From assembly GCA_965263035.1 (NCBI GenBank), contig OZ253580.1:3584001-3648000 (forward strand): a stretch of DNA of 64,000 nucleotides, written 5' to 3'. The notes below the pieces were generated by a model. That model made no database searches. It worked only from the letters and a program-made list of their open reading frames with translations, and had not been told where the DNA came from. Below, piece after piece: positions 36,198 to 45,997 of this stretch (position 1 is its first letter; each line of letters opens with the position of its first letter). This DNA is from Acidobacteriota bacterium. GTDB taxonomy: Bacteria > Acidobacteriota > UBA6911 > RPQK01 > JAJDTT01. The translations under genes were made by a program, and so were the position numbers.

Positions 36198-39101
36198 TCA
36201 ACGATAGGTGATCCAGATGGGGGAGGACCAGGCCACATGCCCGTCGGCCTGGTGGAGCCGGACGTAGTAGAAGTGGGTTCCGGGCGTCGGGTCCGTTTCC
36301 AGGAAGGAAAAGTCGACTCGGCTCCGGCCAGGCTCTCGGGAATAGACGACCCGGTTGTCCCGGATCAGGACGACATCGGCCACCGGTCCGGTTCCCTGGG
36401 CGTGAATCCGTAGCGTGGGACCCGAATCGGCGTCGAAGACATCTCCCATGATGTGGGTGCGGCCTCCCTGTTCCGCCCGGAAATCGAGAATGATGTTGTC
36501 GGTGGCCGCGTAGGCGTGGCGGCGGCGCATGGCGTCCATCAAGCCTGGGGCGTCGAAACGCTCGACCAGCAGGCAGGCGTAGGAGTAGTGGGTGGACCAG
36601 TGATCGGAGCTGGCCTGGACTCCCAGCCGGTACCCTTTCTCCCAGGCCTTCCAGACAAAGCCTTCCTCCAGGTAGCCGCCCCGATGGGTGGAGGCATCTT
36701 CCCGAACCGCCGCGAGAGGAGCTCCCGGACGTTCGTAGGAGGTCCGGTCCCCCTGGAAGATCTCCACCAGCGGCTCCACGTCCCCGGCATGGTCCCGCCA
36801 GTCGGTCCCCATGGTGGGGGTTCCGGAAGTGTGGGACATGGCGAGTCCCTGGTACTTTCTGAGGTAGTCGTAGAGTACGTCGCCCGTATCGACGGCTCCC
36901 GAACGCTCCCGGGGCCCGGCCTGGAGTACGGGCGCTCCTCTACCGGCAAAGACCACGTTCCGGTGTCCGTTGGGGTAACCCATGTTCCGCTCGTATCCCA
37001 ACAGCGGAACGAACCTGCCGGGGAGGTGGAAACGCTGGATCGATTTCTGGGTCTCCCACCAGACATACTCTCCCGGGTAGTGGTCGGTGACGGCCAGAAA
37101 GTCCAGTGAGGCGGCGTCCAGGGCGTAGCGGTAGGTCTCATGGAGTGAACCGTCCAGTGTGCCGTCGCCGGAGTAATCGGTGTGCCGGTGCATGTCTCCC
37201 CGGACGATCCGGTAGGTCCTCCCGTCCACCTCGATGCGGTAGGAGCGGATCCGGTCGAGGTCGCCCGGCTCGTCCCGGTGGTAGGGTTCGATGGGTTCTT
37301 CCCGAGGCTGGTGATTTCTCAGTTCAGACTCCTCGCCGGCGCGGGGGAGTTCCAGCCGCCCCACCACCACGTCTTCCTGCAAGGTTCTGGAGTCGGGAGC
37401 GGCGCGGTGGATCGATCGGTGGTCCGTAAGCCACGCCATCCAAAGAGTCCCATCCGCAGAGGCATCCAGTGCCAGGGGCATGTCCAGCCGCCCTATGCTC
37501 CGGGGAAGGACCAAGGGAGTGGACCAGGCGGAACCCTGGTAGAAGACGGCGTAGGCCTCCCAACCCGGCCGGTTCATGGATCCATCCCCGGCAGTCGCTT
37601 CCTGGTGGCGAAAGAAGAGCCACATGCGTCCCCGGCGGTCCCAGAACAGCCGGGGCAGATCATTGTCGTTTCGAAATCGGACCTGGAGGGATTCTGGCGG
37701 ACGGCGGAGCCGCAATCCGCTCCGCGAAAGATCGGAGAAATGGTTTTCCAGGGTCCGAGACAGTTCTTCTACTGGACGGCTCCACCGATTCCCATCGTAA
37801 ACGGCCACCCGTATGGTTCGTTCGTCCAGAAAGGTCTGCCGCGACCGGTCGACCCAGAAGCCCGAATCCTTACCCCAGTTGGGGCCGGATTCGTTCCAGG
37901 CGATCCAGACCCGATCCCGGTCGTCACAGGCGACGTCGGCATAGGCCTCGAAGTTCCTGGAGCGAGCCACCGGGACGATTTCCCCCATTCCCCGTGCACC
38001 CACCCGGCGCAGAAGAAGGTCGTAGTCGCCCCGTGCGTAAGAGTCCCAGACCACGTGGACCCCACCCTGCGAGTCCACCGCCAGAGCCGGCTTCCAGTCG
38101 TTGGCCGTCGAGGGGCTCACCTTCCGTTCCCCACCCCAGACGCCGGCCTGGAGGGTTTTGAGAAGGATGTCCGATTGGCCGTTCCGAAACCCCTGCCAGA
38201 CCAGGTGGACCTCGCCGCCGGGACCGGCGGCGGATCGAGGGTAGAGGTCGGGAAGGGGATCCTCGGTGAGGCGTGTCACCGGTTCCAGCACGCCGTCCCG
38301 CTCGGAGCGGGCGAAAAGATCCCAGTTCCCGTCCAGTTGCTGCGACCAGATCCACAAGAGCCGGCCGTCGCCGGCCCTCACCAGCTGCAGACCGGAGAGG
38401 TCCTGACCCTTTCCGATCTCCAGCGGGGGAGACCAGGCTCCGTCGGCCAGACGGCGGCTCAGGATCCGCTGCGCGCCGTCCTTGAATTCGATCCAGCCGA
38501 TCCGGCAACCTCCCTCCGCTGCGACCAAGGCGGGGAAATCATCGTAGGTCTGTTCCTGCGTCAGGACCTGGAACAAAGGAACCTGGCTGGCGGCCGCCCG
38601 TCCTGCCATGAGGCTGCGTCTCAGACCCGGCAACAAGGTGCGGGTATCCACCTTGAAGCGGCCTCCAATGGTGGTCAGAGTCAGTTCCTGCGGCCGATCC
38701 GTCATCGCCAGCAGACCTGGCCACTCCAGCCGGGAATAGGCGCTCGTGCTCCGGAGAGAGCTCCCCCCAACGAACATCTGGTTGCCGGTCGGCTCTTCCC
38801 AATAGAGAGGGGTGCGAGGATCGTGTTTCCGGGTCCGCGCGGTCCAGGAGGATCCTGGACCCACCGAGGTGTCCCCGCCGGTCCGCCAAGGCAGGATTTG
38901 GACCGACCCCGGCTCCGCTTCCAGGCGTCCACTCCAATCGGATGGCCTGGGATCGTCGAGTCCCAACTCGATCAGGAAGCACTGCTTCCGCGAGGTCAGA
39001 TCGGACGGCAGCGTCCGGTCTCCTGCCGGACCGGTTCCGCAGCCGGGCAAGAGGAGGAGGGCCGCGACCAGGAAACCGGCTTTAGGTGTCGTGTGCTTCA
39101 A
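36198..39101 (-). CDS. Lipoprotein with beta-propeller and PHP-like (DUF3604/CehA-type) metallohydrolase domain
   Basis: Lipobox LLPGC; GDMHRHTDYS, FLAVTDH, GHRNV, SHT, ASSDH metal-ligand motifs. Confidence 0.8.
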   Translation of the reverse strand: MKHTTPKAGFLVAALLLLPGCGTGPAGDRTLPSDLTSRKQCFLIELGLDDPRPSDWSGRLEAEPGSVQILPWRTGGDTSVGPGSSWTARTRKHDPRTPLYWEEPTGNQMFVGGSSLRSTSAYSRLEWPGLLAMTDRPQELTLTTIGGRFKVDTRTLLPGLRRSLMAGRAAASQVPLFQVLTQEQTYDDFPALVAAEGGCRIGWIEFKDGAQRILSRRLADGAWSPPLEIGKGQDLSGLQLVRAGDGRLLWIWSQQLDGNWDLFARSERDGVLEPVTRLTEDPLPDLYPRSAAGPGGEVHLVWQGFRNGQSDILLKTLQAGVWGGERKVSPSTANDWKPALAVDSQGGVHVVWDSYARGDYDLLLRRVGARGMGEIVPVARSRNFEAYADVACDDRDRVWIAWNESGPNWGKDSGFWVDRSRQTFLDERTIRVAVYDGNRWSRPVEELSRTLENHFSDLSRSGLRLRRPPESLQVRFRNDNDLPRLFWDRRGRMWLFFRHQEATAGDGSMNRPGWEAYAVFYQGSAWSTPLVLPRSIGRLDMPLALDASADGTLWMAWLTDHRSIHRAAPDSRTLQEDVVVGRLELPRAGEESELRNHQPREEPIEPYHRDEPGDLDRIRSYRIEVDGRTYRIVRGDMHRHTDYSGDGTLDGSLHETYRYALDAASLDFLAVTDHYPGEYVWWETQKSIQRFHLPGRFVPLLGYERNMGYPNGHRNVVFAGRGAPVLQAGPRERSGAVDTGDVLYDYLRKYQGLAMSHTSGTPTMGTDWRDHAGDVEPLVEIFQGDRTSYERPGAPLAAVREDASTHRGGYLEEGFVWKAWEKGYRLGVQASSDHWSTHYSYACLLVERFDAPGLMDAMRRRHAYAATDNIILDFRAEQGGRTHIMGDVFDADSGPTLRIHAQGTGPVADVVLIRDNRVVYSREPGRSRVDFSFLETDPTPGTHFYYVRLHQADGHVAWSSPIWITYR

Positions 39102-39297
39102 TGGACGAATCCGATTCGACTCCGGGATTGGGGCTCAAGAAGAGCACCGGCCCGGTTCCACGCACCGGAGAATTGCACGGCCGCCGCCGAGTGATGGCGA
39201 GGTATGAAACCTCCGACAGAAAGGTACCACAGGCTCGAAACGATTTTCCGGCTGACCTCGGACGAATAAACGATTAAACTGCTCTGATCCGGGGAGA

Positions 39298-40437
39298 GTG
39301 ACTTCCGTGAAGAGGCTTTTTGTCGTCCTGATTCTGGGTGCTCTTTTGGCGTGGGTAGGACTGCGCCTTTATCGCGAGTTGGCGGTGGAGTCCATGGACG
39401 CTCCGCAAAAAGGACCCGCACTTCTGGTCGGTACCGCCAACGTACGGCCCCACCCGTTCGAGACCAATCTGGACCTCCTGGGCGAGTTGAGGCCCCAGGC
39501 CGTAGTCGACGTCATGTCCCGGATCAGTGGACGGCTTCAGCAAGTTCTGGCCGATCGGGGCGATCCTGTCACCAAAGGGCAGCTGTTGGTGGTCGTCGAC
39601 GACGTGGATCTCCTGCAGCAGATCCACCGGGCCGAGGCAGCCGTGTCGGTGGCATCAGCCGCAGTCACTCGGGAAGAAGCGACCTACGAGAACCTGAAGG
39701 TCCAGGTAGCGCGCTACCGTGAGCTCCACGAAGAAAACCTCATCTCGACCCAGGATCTGGAGGATTTGGTCAGCCGGATGCGGGTTTCGCAGGCGCAGCT
39801 GGAACTGGTCAAGGCACAGGTCAGACAGGCGGAGGCCTCGCTGAGCGAGTACGAGATTCAGCATGATCAGACTCGTATCTACTCTCCGCTGGACGGGTTC
39901 GTCGGAGTCCGGCACTTGGAACCGGGGGCATTGGTGAACCCTAGCGTCACCATCGTCTCGGTGCTGGAGCTGGAGCGGGTCAAGACGGTGGTTCCGGTCT
40001 CGGAAAGCGGGATCAGCAGCATTCGGGTGGGTCTGCCCGCCCGAGTCGTCGTCGACGTCTATCCCGACCGGGTCTACCAGGGGACCGTCACCCGGATCAG
40101 CCCCTTCCTCAATCCGGAGACGCGGAGCGCCGACGTCGAGATCGAGATCATGAATCGTGACGGGATGCTGAAGCCGGGGATGTTTGCCCACGCGAGGATC
40201 GACGCCAAAATCTCCGAGACGGCGCTCAGCATCCCCCGCTCGGCGTTGCTGACCCGCGGCGAGCAGCACGGCGTCTATTTTCTGACCCGGGAACGGACCG
40301 CGGTGTTTCGGGAGATCGAGATCGGGCGCATCGTGGGCGATGTGGTGGAGGTTCTGGCCGGCCTGTACGATGGCGCCGAGGTGGTCGCCTCTGGAGCCCA
40401 GAACTTGAACGAAGGGGATGCGGTGAGGTCCGAATGA
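39298..40437 (+). CDS. RND efflux periplasmic adaptor (MFP) subunit
   Basis: Lipoyl halves (SRISGRL...RGDPVTKGQLL; IYSPLDGFV), alpha-hairpin, LKPGMFA. Confidence 0.93.
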   Translation: MTSVKRLFVVLILGALLAWVGLRLYRELAVESMDAPQKGPALLVGTANVRPHPFETNLDLLGELRPQAVVDVMSRISGRLQQVLADRGDPVTKGQLLVVVDDVDLLQQIHRAEAAVSVASAAVTREEATYENLKVQVARYRELHEENLISTQDLEDLVSRMRVSQAQLELVKAQVRQAEASLSEYEIQHDQTRIYSPLDGFVGVRHLEPGALVNPSVTIVSVLELERVKTVVPVSESGISSIRVGLPARVVVDVYPDRVYQGTVTRISPFLNPETRSADVEIEIMNRDGMLKPGMFAHARIDAKISETALSIPRSALLTRGEQHGVYFLTRERTAVFREIEIGRIVGDVVEVLAGLYDGAEVVASGAQNLNEGDAVRSE

Positions 40438-43400
40438 GTCTTCCCGACCTGGCGATCCGGCGTCCCGTCTTCATCATCGTCGTCTTCCTCATCGTCGCCC
40501 TCATGGGCGGGATCTCCTTTCTCAATCTCCCCGTCGACCTGATGCCGGACGTCACTTTTCCCACGATCAGCGTGACCACCACCTATCAGGGCGTGGGGCC
40601 ACGGGAGATCGAAGAACTGATCACCATTCCTCTGGAACGGACCCTGGCCTCCACTCCCGGCATCAAGGAAATGACCTCCCGGTCCTCCGAGGGGACCAGC
40701 CGCGTGCGGGTCTCGTTCGAGTGGGGAGTGGACCTGGAGGCAGGAGCCGAAGAACTCCGCGCCCGGATCGACCGCATTCGTGGACAGTTGCCCGAGGATG
40801 CGGATCCTCCGACCTTGTACAAGTACGATCTGAGCATCTTCCCCATCATGTTTCTGGGAATCTCCAGCGAGATGCCCCCCAGGGAGTTGCGTGAATTCGC
40901 GGAAAAGCAGATCCAGTACCGGTTCGAGAGGATTTCCGGCGTGGCCCAGGCCGATATCTGGGGAGGCCTGGAGCGTGAGATCCACGTGGTGATGGACCGG
41001 GCCAAGATGCATACCCTCCGCATCAGCCCGGCCCAGGTCATGGCCGCACTGCGCCGCGAGAATCTGAACGAGCCTGCCGGACACGTCATCGAGGACACGT
41101 TCGAAGTGCTGATGCGAACCGAGGGCGAGTACGCCTCGATGGACGAGATCCGGCGAACCATGGTGACCATCCGGCAGGGCACCCCCATCTATATCGAGGA
41201 CATCGCCACGGTCGAGGACAGCCATCAGGAAATTCGGCATATGGTGCGGGTCAACGGTGTCCCGGGCATCAGGATGGGCGTCCGCAAGCAGTCCGGGGCC
41301 AACACCGTGACGGTGGCACGAGAGGTAGACAGGGCCATCGAGAGGATCAATCGGGACTATCCGCAGGTCCGGGTCTACTCCCTTTACGACACGTCCAAGT
41401 TCATCAGCCGGGCGGTGGCCAACGTGCGGGACGCGGCCTTCTATGGTTCGCTCCTCGCCGTCTTCATTCTCCTGGTGTTCCTGCGCAACTTCCGGAGTGT
41501 GCTGGTGGTGGCCATCTCCATCCCCATTTCGGTGCTGGCCGCCTTCGGTTTGATGTACTTCAGCGGGTTTACGTTGAACGTGATCACCTTCGGCGGTCTG
41601 GCACTGGGTGTCGGCGTGCTGGTGGACAACGCCATCGTCGTGCTGGAGAACATCTTCCGGCACCGGCAGGATGGCGAGGAGAAGAAGGCGGCGGCCCGCA
41701 ACGCAACCAAAGAAGTCGCTCTCGCCATCACTGCGTCGACCCTCACCACCATTGCCGTATTCCTGCCGGTCGTCTTCATGAGCGGCATGTCCGGTCTCAT
41801 GTTCCAGCAACTGGCCTGGGTGGTCTCCTTCTCGCTGTTCAGTTCCCTCCTGGTGTCGCTCACTCTGGTTCCCTTTCTCGCCAGCCGCTTCATTCGCGTC
41901 AGGGCACCCGAACGCAAAGGGTGGATCCATGCGGTCTCCCGAAAAAGCGGACAGTGGATGGAAGGATTGGACCGGAGCTATGAGGGCGTTCTCCGCTGGT
42001 CCCTGCGGCATCCGATCCTGATCGTTTCCTCCTGCGCCGTGCTGGTGCTGGGCGGGTTTCTGCTGTTGCCCTTCATCGGTCTCGAACTGCAGCCGGAGGC
42101 GGACGAGGGTCAGGTCCGGGTCCGGCTGGAGCTGGCGGAAGGGACCCGTCTGGAGGTGACGGACCAGTTCGCGCACGAGGCGGAGAAACTGGTGCGGGAG
42201 CTGGTTCCAGAACTCGACAACCTCCTGGTGGAGGTCGGTTCGCGCGGAGGTTGGCGAACGGCCAACACCAATACCGTGACTCTCCGGGTGTACTTGGTTC
42301 CGCTGGCGGAGCGGGAGCGGAGCAGCCAGCAGATCGCCGAGGCCCTGCGTCCGGTGTTCGCCAACTTCGAGGGAGTCGTTCCCCGTGTCCGCACCAGCGG
42401 CGGCAACTATGCCATGCGCTGGGCCACCGAGAGTGAAGGCGATCGCCTCTCCATCGACATTCGCGGTCACGACATGAACGAATGTTTCAACCTTGCCGTG
42501 CGGATCAAACGGATCATGGAGTCGCTGGAGGGAGTTTCCGACGCCGCCATCAGCAGGAGCCCGGGCCGGCCCGAAAGTCACATCCGGATCGATCGGGCCA
42601 AGGCCGCCACCATGGGTCTCACCGTCTCCAACGTCGCCACCACGGTGCGGGCCAGCATCGGGGGCACCGTGGCCGGCTACTTCCGGGAGGGAGGAGACGA
42701 GTACGAGATTCTGGTGCGCTACCGGGAAGAGGATCGGCTGAGCAGCGAGGACGTCCTGGCGATTCCCATCCAGACTCCGGCGGGTTCCGTGTTGCCGCTG
42801 CGCTCATTGGTGGCTCTGGACCGGAGTGAAGGACCCAATTCCATCTCCCGGAAGGATCAGCAGAGAATCGTCTCGGTCTCGGGAAACCTCTCGGGCACCC
42901 GCGACATGGGGTCGGTGGTACGTGAGCTGCAACAAGAGGTGCGGCCGCTGGCGATGTCTCCGGACATCGCGCTGGTCTTCTCGGGCGAGTGGGAGGAACA
43001 GGAGGAGGCCCGATTCCTGTTGCAGATCAGCTTCCTGCTGGCGGTGATCCTGGTCTATCTGGTGATGGCGGCCCAGTTCGAGTCGTTCAAGTACCCGTTT
43101 CTGATCATGTTCTCCATTCCGCTCGCCTTCATCGGAGTGATACTGGCGTTGTTTCTGACCCAGACGAACTTCAATCTCCAGGGCTTCATCGGCCTGATCA
43201 TGTTGGTCGGGATCGTGGTGAACAACGCCATCGTTCTGGTCGACTACGTCCTGCAGCTCCAACGCCGACACGGTCTGGCGCTGATGGACGCCCTGGTGAC
43301 GGGAGGCCGCCGCCGGCTTCGTCCGATCCTGATGACCACCCTGACCACGGTCCTGGGGCTCACTCCCATGGCGATAGGCATCGGCGAAGGCGCCGAGCTT

Positions 43401-43565
43401 CAGGTCCCCATGGCCCGCGTCCTCATCGGCGGCTTGATCTCTTCCACCTTCATGACCCTTTTTCTGATCCCCACCCTATTTCTCATCCTGGAGCGGCTGT
43501 GGAGTTTCCGCCGCCGGGAGACGCCGAATCTGGTTTTGGGCCAGCCCTCAAGTGTGACGAATTAG
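40434..43565 (+). CDS. RND efflux permease (AcrB/MdtB/SwrC-like)
   Basis: [54 protein letters not shown]; ATGA overlap with MFP. Confidence 0.95.
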   Translation: MSLPDLAIRRPVFIIVVFLIVALMGGISFLNLPVDLMPDVTFPTISVTTTYQGVGPREIEELITIPLERTLASTPGIKEMTSRSSEGTSRVRVSFEWGVDLEAGAEELRARIDRIRGQLPEDADPPTLYKYDLSIFPIMFLGISSEMPPRELREFAEKQIQYRFERISGVAQADIWGGLEREIHVVMDRAKMHTLRISPAQVMAALRRENLNEPAGHVIEDTFEVLMRTEGEYASMDEIRRTMVTIRQGTPIYIEDIATVEDSHQEIRHMVRVNGVPGIRMGVRKQSGANTVTVAREVDRAIERINRDYPQVRVYSLYDTSKFISRAVANVRDAAFYGSLLAVFILLVFLRNFRSVLVVAISIPISVLAAFGLMYFSGFTLNVITFGGLALGVGVLVDNAIVVLENIFRHRQDGEEKKAAARNATKEVALAITASTLTTIAVFLPVVFMSGMSGLMFQQLAWVVSFSLFSSLLVSLTLVPFLASRFIRVRAPERKGWIHAVSRKSGQWMEGLDRSYEGVLRWSLRHPILIVSSCAVLVLGGFLLLPFIGLELQPEADEGQVRVRLELAEGTRLEVTDQFAHEAEKLVRELVPELDNLLVEVGSRGGWRTANTNTVTLRVYLVPLAERERSSQQIAEALRPVFANFEGVVPRVRTSGGNYAMRWATESEGDRLSIDIRGHDMNECFNLAVRIKRIMESLEGVSDAAISRSPGRPESHIRIDRAKAATMGLTVSNVATTVRASIGGTVAGYFREGGDEYEILVRYREEDRLSSEDVLAIPIQTPAGSVLPLRSLVALDRSEGPNSISRKDQQRIVSVSGNLSGTRDMGSVVRELQQEVRPLAMSPDIALVFSGEWEEQEEARFLLQISFLLAVILVYLVMAAQFESFKYPFLIMFSIPLAFIGVILALFLTQTNFNLQGFIGLIMLVGIVVNNAIVLVDYVLQLQRRHGLALMDALVTGGRRRLRPILMTTLTTVLGLTPMAIGIGEGAELQVPMARVLIGGLISSTFMTLFLIPTLFLILERLWSFRRRETPNLVLGQPSSVTN

Positions 43566-43584
43566 GGATTGCGAAGTTCTTCTT

Positions 43585-44643
43585 TCACTGCTTTTCCGAA
43601 CTGATTCTCGCGGCCAGGTTCCTCATGGCGGCGGCGGCTTCGTCCACATCCTCCGCGTTGATGTCCAGATAGGTGACGGCTCTCACAAAGGGCCCCGGCG
43701 TGCTGACCCGGACTCCCTCCTCCTCTTCCAGGCGCCGGACGAACTCGGGCGATGAGACACCCAGTCCGGAAACATCGAAACGCACGATGTTGGTCTCCAC
43801 AGAAGCCAGGTCGATGTCGAGTCCTGGAATCTCGGCGATCTGGCGGGCCAGCCGCCGGGCATTCTCGTGGTCTTCTGCCAGTCGGGGGATATGGTGGCGA
43901 AGGGCATGGATCCCGGCCGCGGCGATGATCCCGGATTGGCGCATGGCCCCGCCGATGCGCTGCTTCCACTGCCAGGCCTCCTCGATGAACTCCCGGCTTC
44001 CGGCGAGGACGGCGCCTACCGGAGCGCCCAGACCCTTGCTCAGGTCGATCCAGACGGAATCCAGGGTGGCGGCGTAATCGGCGACGTCGATCCCGCTGGC
44101 CACCGAGGCGTTGAAGAGCCGGGCGCCGTCCATGTGGGTTCCCAATCCCCACTCGTGAGCGATTCGGCAGACCTCCCGCAACTGCTCCAGAGGCCAGATG
44201 CGCCCGCCCGGGGCATTGACCGTCTGCTCGATGGAGACGACGCGGATGGTGGGCCGGTACCGGCTGGGAGGGAACATCAGCGCTTCCACCTGCTCCGGCG
44301 TGAACATTCCGTTCGGCCCGTCGATGGGATAAGCCGTGGCCGCCGCCAGCACCGCTGTCCCTCCCGACTCGGCGATGAGGGGATGGGCGGTGCGGTCCAG
44401 CAGGATCACGTCTCCCGGCCGGCAGTGGACCGCCAGGCCGATCTGGTTGCACATGGTTCCCGAGGGGAGGAAGACCGCGTCCTCCTTTCCCAGCATCTCC
44501 GCCACCATTTCCTGGAGCTCGTTGGCGGAGGGGTCCTCACCCTTCTGCTCGTCCCCCACTGGGGCAAAACAGGCGAAACGGCGCATCTCCGGGGTAGGCA
44601 GGCTCAAAGTGTCGCTGTAGAGATCGATCCTGATTTCGGGCAT
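43585..44643 (-). CDS. ltaE: Low-specificity L-threonine aldolase family PLP enzyme
   Basis: IDLYSDT, GEDP, PSGTMCN, HMDGARLFNA, LSKGLGAPVG, GGAMRQSG. Confidence 0.88.
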   Translation of the reverse strand: MPEIRIDLYSDTLSLPTPEMRRFACFAPVGDEQKGEDPSANELQEMVAEMLGKEDAVFLPSGTMCNQIGLAVHCRPGDVILLDRTAHPLIAESGGTAVLAAATAYPIDGPNGMFTPEQVEALMFPPSRYRPTIRVVSIEQTVNAPGGRIWPLEQLREVCRIAHEWGLGTHMDGARLFNASVASGIDVADYAATLDSVWIDLSKGLGAPVGAVLAGSREFIEEAWQWKQRIGGAMRQSGIIAAAGIHALRHHIPRLAEDHENARRLARQIAEIPGLDIDLASVETNIVRFDVSGLGVSSPEFVRRLEEEEGVRVSTPGPFVRAVTYLDINAEDVDEAAAAMRNLAARISSEKQ

Positions 44644-44647
44644 CGGT

Positions 44648-45388
44648 TTACTCCTGGTTCTTGAGGATTCCGGTGGGGATGAGCATGGAGACCCGTTCCC
44701 GGTACCGGCGGTAATCGTCCCCGTGCCGAGTCACCAGATCCCGCTCTTCCAGAGGAACGGCCAGGAGGATGTAACCGGTTGTGGCCGCGGCGAACATCAG
44801 GTGTCCCGCGCTCATCACGGGAGTGGCCCAAAAGGCGATGATGAGTCCCAGCATGAGAGGATGACGGACGAGTCGATAGAATCCCGGCATTCGAAAGCGG
44901 TCGCGTGAAACGTCCCGGCCCTTGAACCGAACGTAGGTCTGACGCAGGCCGAACAGATCGAGGTGGTCGATCATGGCGGCGGAAAGGACCACGATCCCCC
45001 ACCCCAACCAGGAAAGTCCGGTCAGAAACAGGACTCCGGCTCCATGCTTCACCTGCCAGACCGGTTCGGGAACGGGCCGCCACTGCCAGAACAACAGCAG
45101 CAGGGCGCCGCTGGTAAAGAGAACGTAGGTGCTGCGCTCCACCGACTTGGGCACGATCCTGGTCCAGGCGGCCTTGAATCGGGGACGGGCCATGATGCTG
45201 TGCTGAAGGGCGAAGAGACCCAGCAGCCCGGCATTGACCGAAACCGCATCCGCCAAGGGATATGGAGTCCCGGAGTCGATGCTCTTGGGGACGATCACAT
45301 TTCCCACGAATCCGATGGTGTAGAGAACGGTAACGAGGGAGACGGCGTAGGCAATGGCTCCATAGAAAAGCGCTACGAATCCACCCAT
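44648..45388 (-). CDS. mddA: Methanethiol S-methyltransferase
   Basis: GFVGNVIVPKSID, LFALQHSIMARP.FK..WTR.VP..VERSTYV, LFWQWRP, DLFGLRQ, YRLVRHPLMLG..IAFWATP.M..GHL, EERDL. Confidence 0.88.
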   Translation of the reverse strand: MGGFVALFYGAIAYAVSLVTVLYTIGFVGNVIVPKSIDSGTPYPLADAVSVNAGLLGLFALQHSIMARPRFKAAWTRIVPKSVERSTYVLFTSGALLLLFWQWRPVPEPVWQVKHGAGVLFLTGLSWLGWGIVVLSAAMIDHLDLFGLRQTYVRFKGRDVSRDRFRMPGFYRLVRHPLMLGLIIAFWATPVMSAGHLMFAAATTGYILLAVPLEERDLVTRHGDDYRRYRERVSMLIPTGILKNQE

Positions 45389-45408
45389 GAGTCCGATTCC
45401 ATGGCCAG

Positions 45409-45569
45409 CAGCCCGTGGTAAAAGTCGTCACGGCATTCGACCGGGTCTGCATCGTGCGCGGACTGCGTTGCACCTCGGTCACATAGGGTCGAATATGCTC
45501 CCTCACCGCGCCTGGTCCGGCGGGCGCAGGAACGGTCTCGGTGCTACGCGGGACTTTCACCACGGACTG
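45409..45569 (+). mobile_element. MITE-like foldback element, family B, full copy 1 (161 bp)
   Basis: TIRs CAGCCCGTGGTAAAAGTC / GACTTTCACCACGGACTG; exact CCAG target duplication on both sides. Confidence 0.9.
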
Positions 45570-45796
45570 CCAGGTGACAGACGACCACCAGAAACAATCG
45601 CCGCATTCCGGCAGTATTCTACTCCCTGCCGCGTCCGGCGGTCATCTCAGGCCGTCAATTGCGGGCCGACGACCGGGAAACGATGAGCTCTCCCACCGGC
45701 AGGCGTCTCCGAGCGCATGCCCTCTCGTTTCCCACTCCTGGTTCCCCACTCCTCTCCGGCCTGTTTGACTCAAATGGGGAAAAACCGCAAGGTCAA

Positions 45797-45955
45797 CAGC
45801 CCGTGGCAAAAGTCGTCGCGGCATTCGACCGTCCCTGCATCGCGCGCGGACTGCGTTGCGACTCGGTCACATACTCACGGTATGCTCCCTCATCGCGCCT
45901 GGTCCGGCGGGCGCAGGAACGGTCTCGGTGCTCGCGGGACTTTCACCACGGACTG
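45797..45955 (+). mobile_element. MITE-like foldback element, family B, full copy 2 (159 bp)
   Basis: Same TIRs; exact TCAA target duplication on both sides; diverged central loop. Confidence 0.9.
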
Positions 45956-45997
45956 TCAACGGCGATCCGGTCACTGCCGGATGAGGAGGCGTCACCT

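Noticed and set aside
39298-43565. RND pump without an outer-membrane factor gene
   Set aside because: Common arrangement; TolC-like channels are often encoded elsewhere.
45659-45997. 113-codon N-terminal extension of the 45998 gene in the ORF track
   Set aside because: Reads through MITE B copy 2; the strong RBS and signal peptide support ATG 45998.
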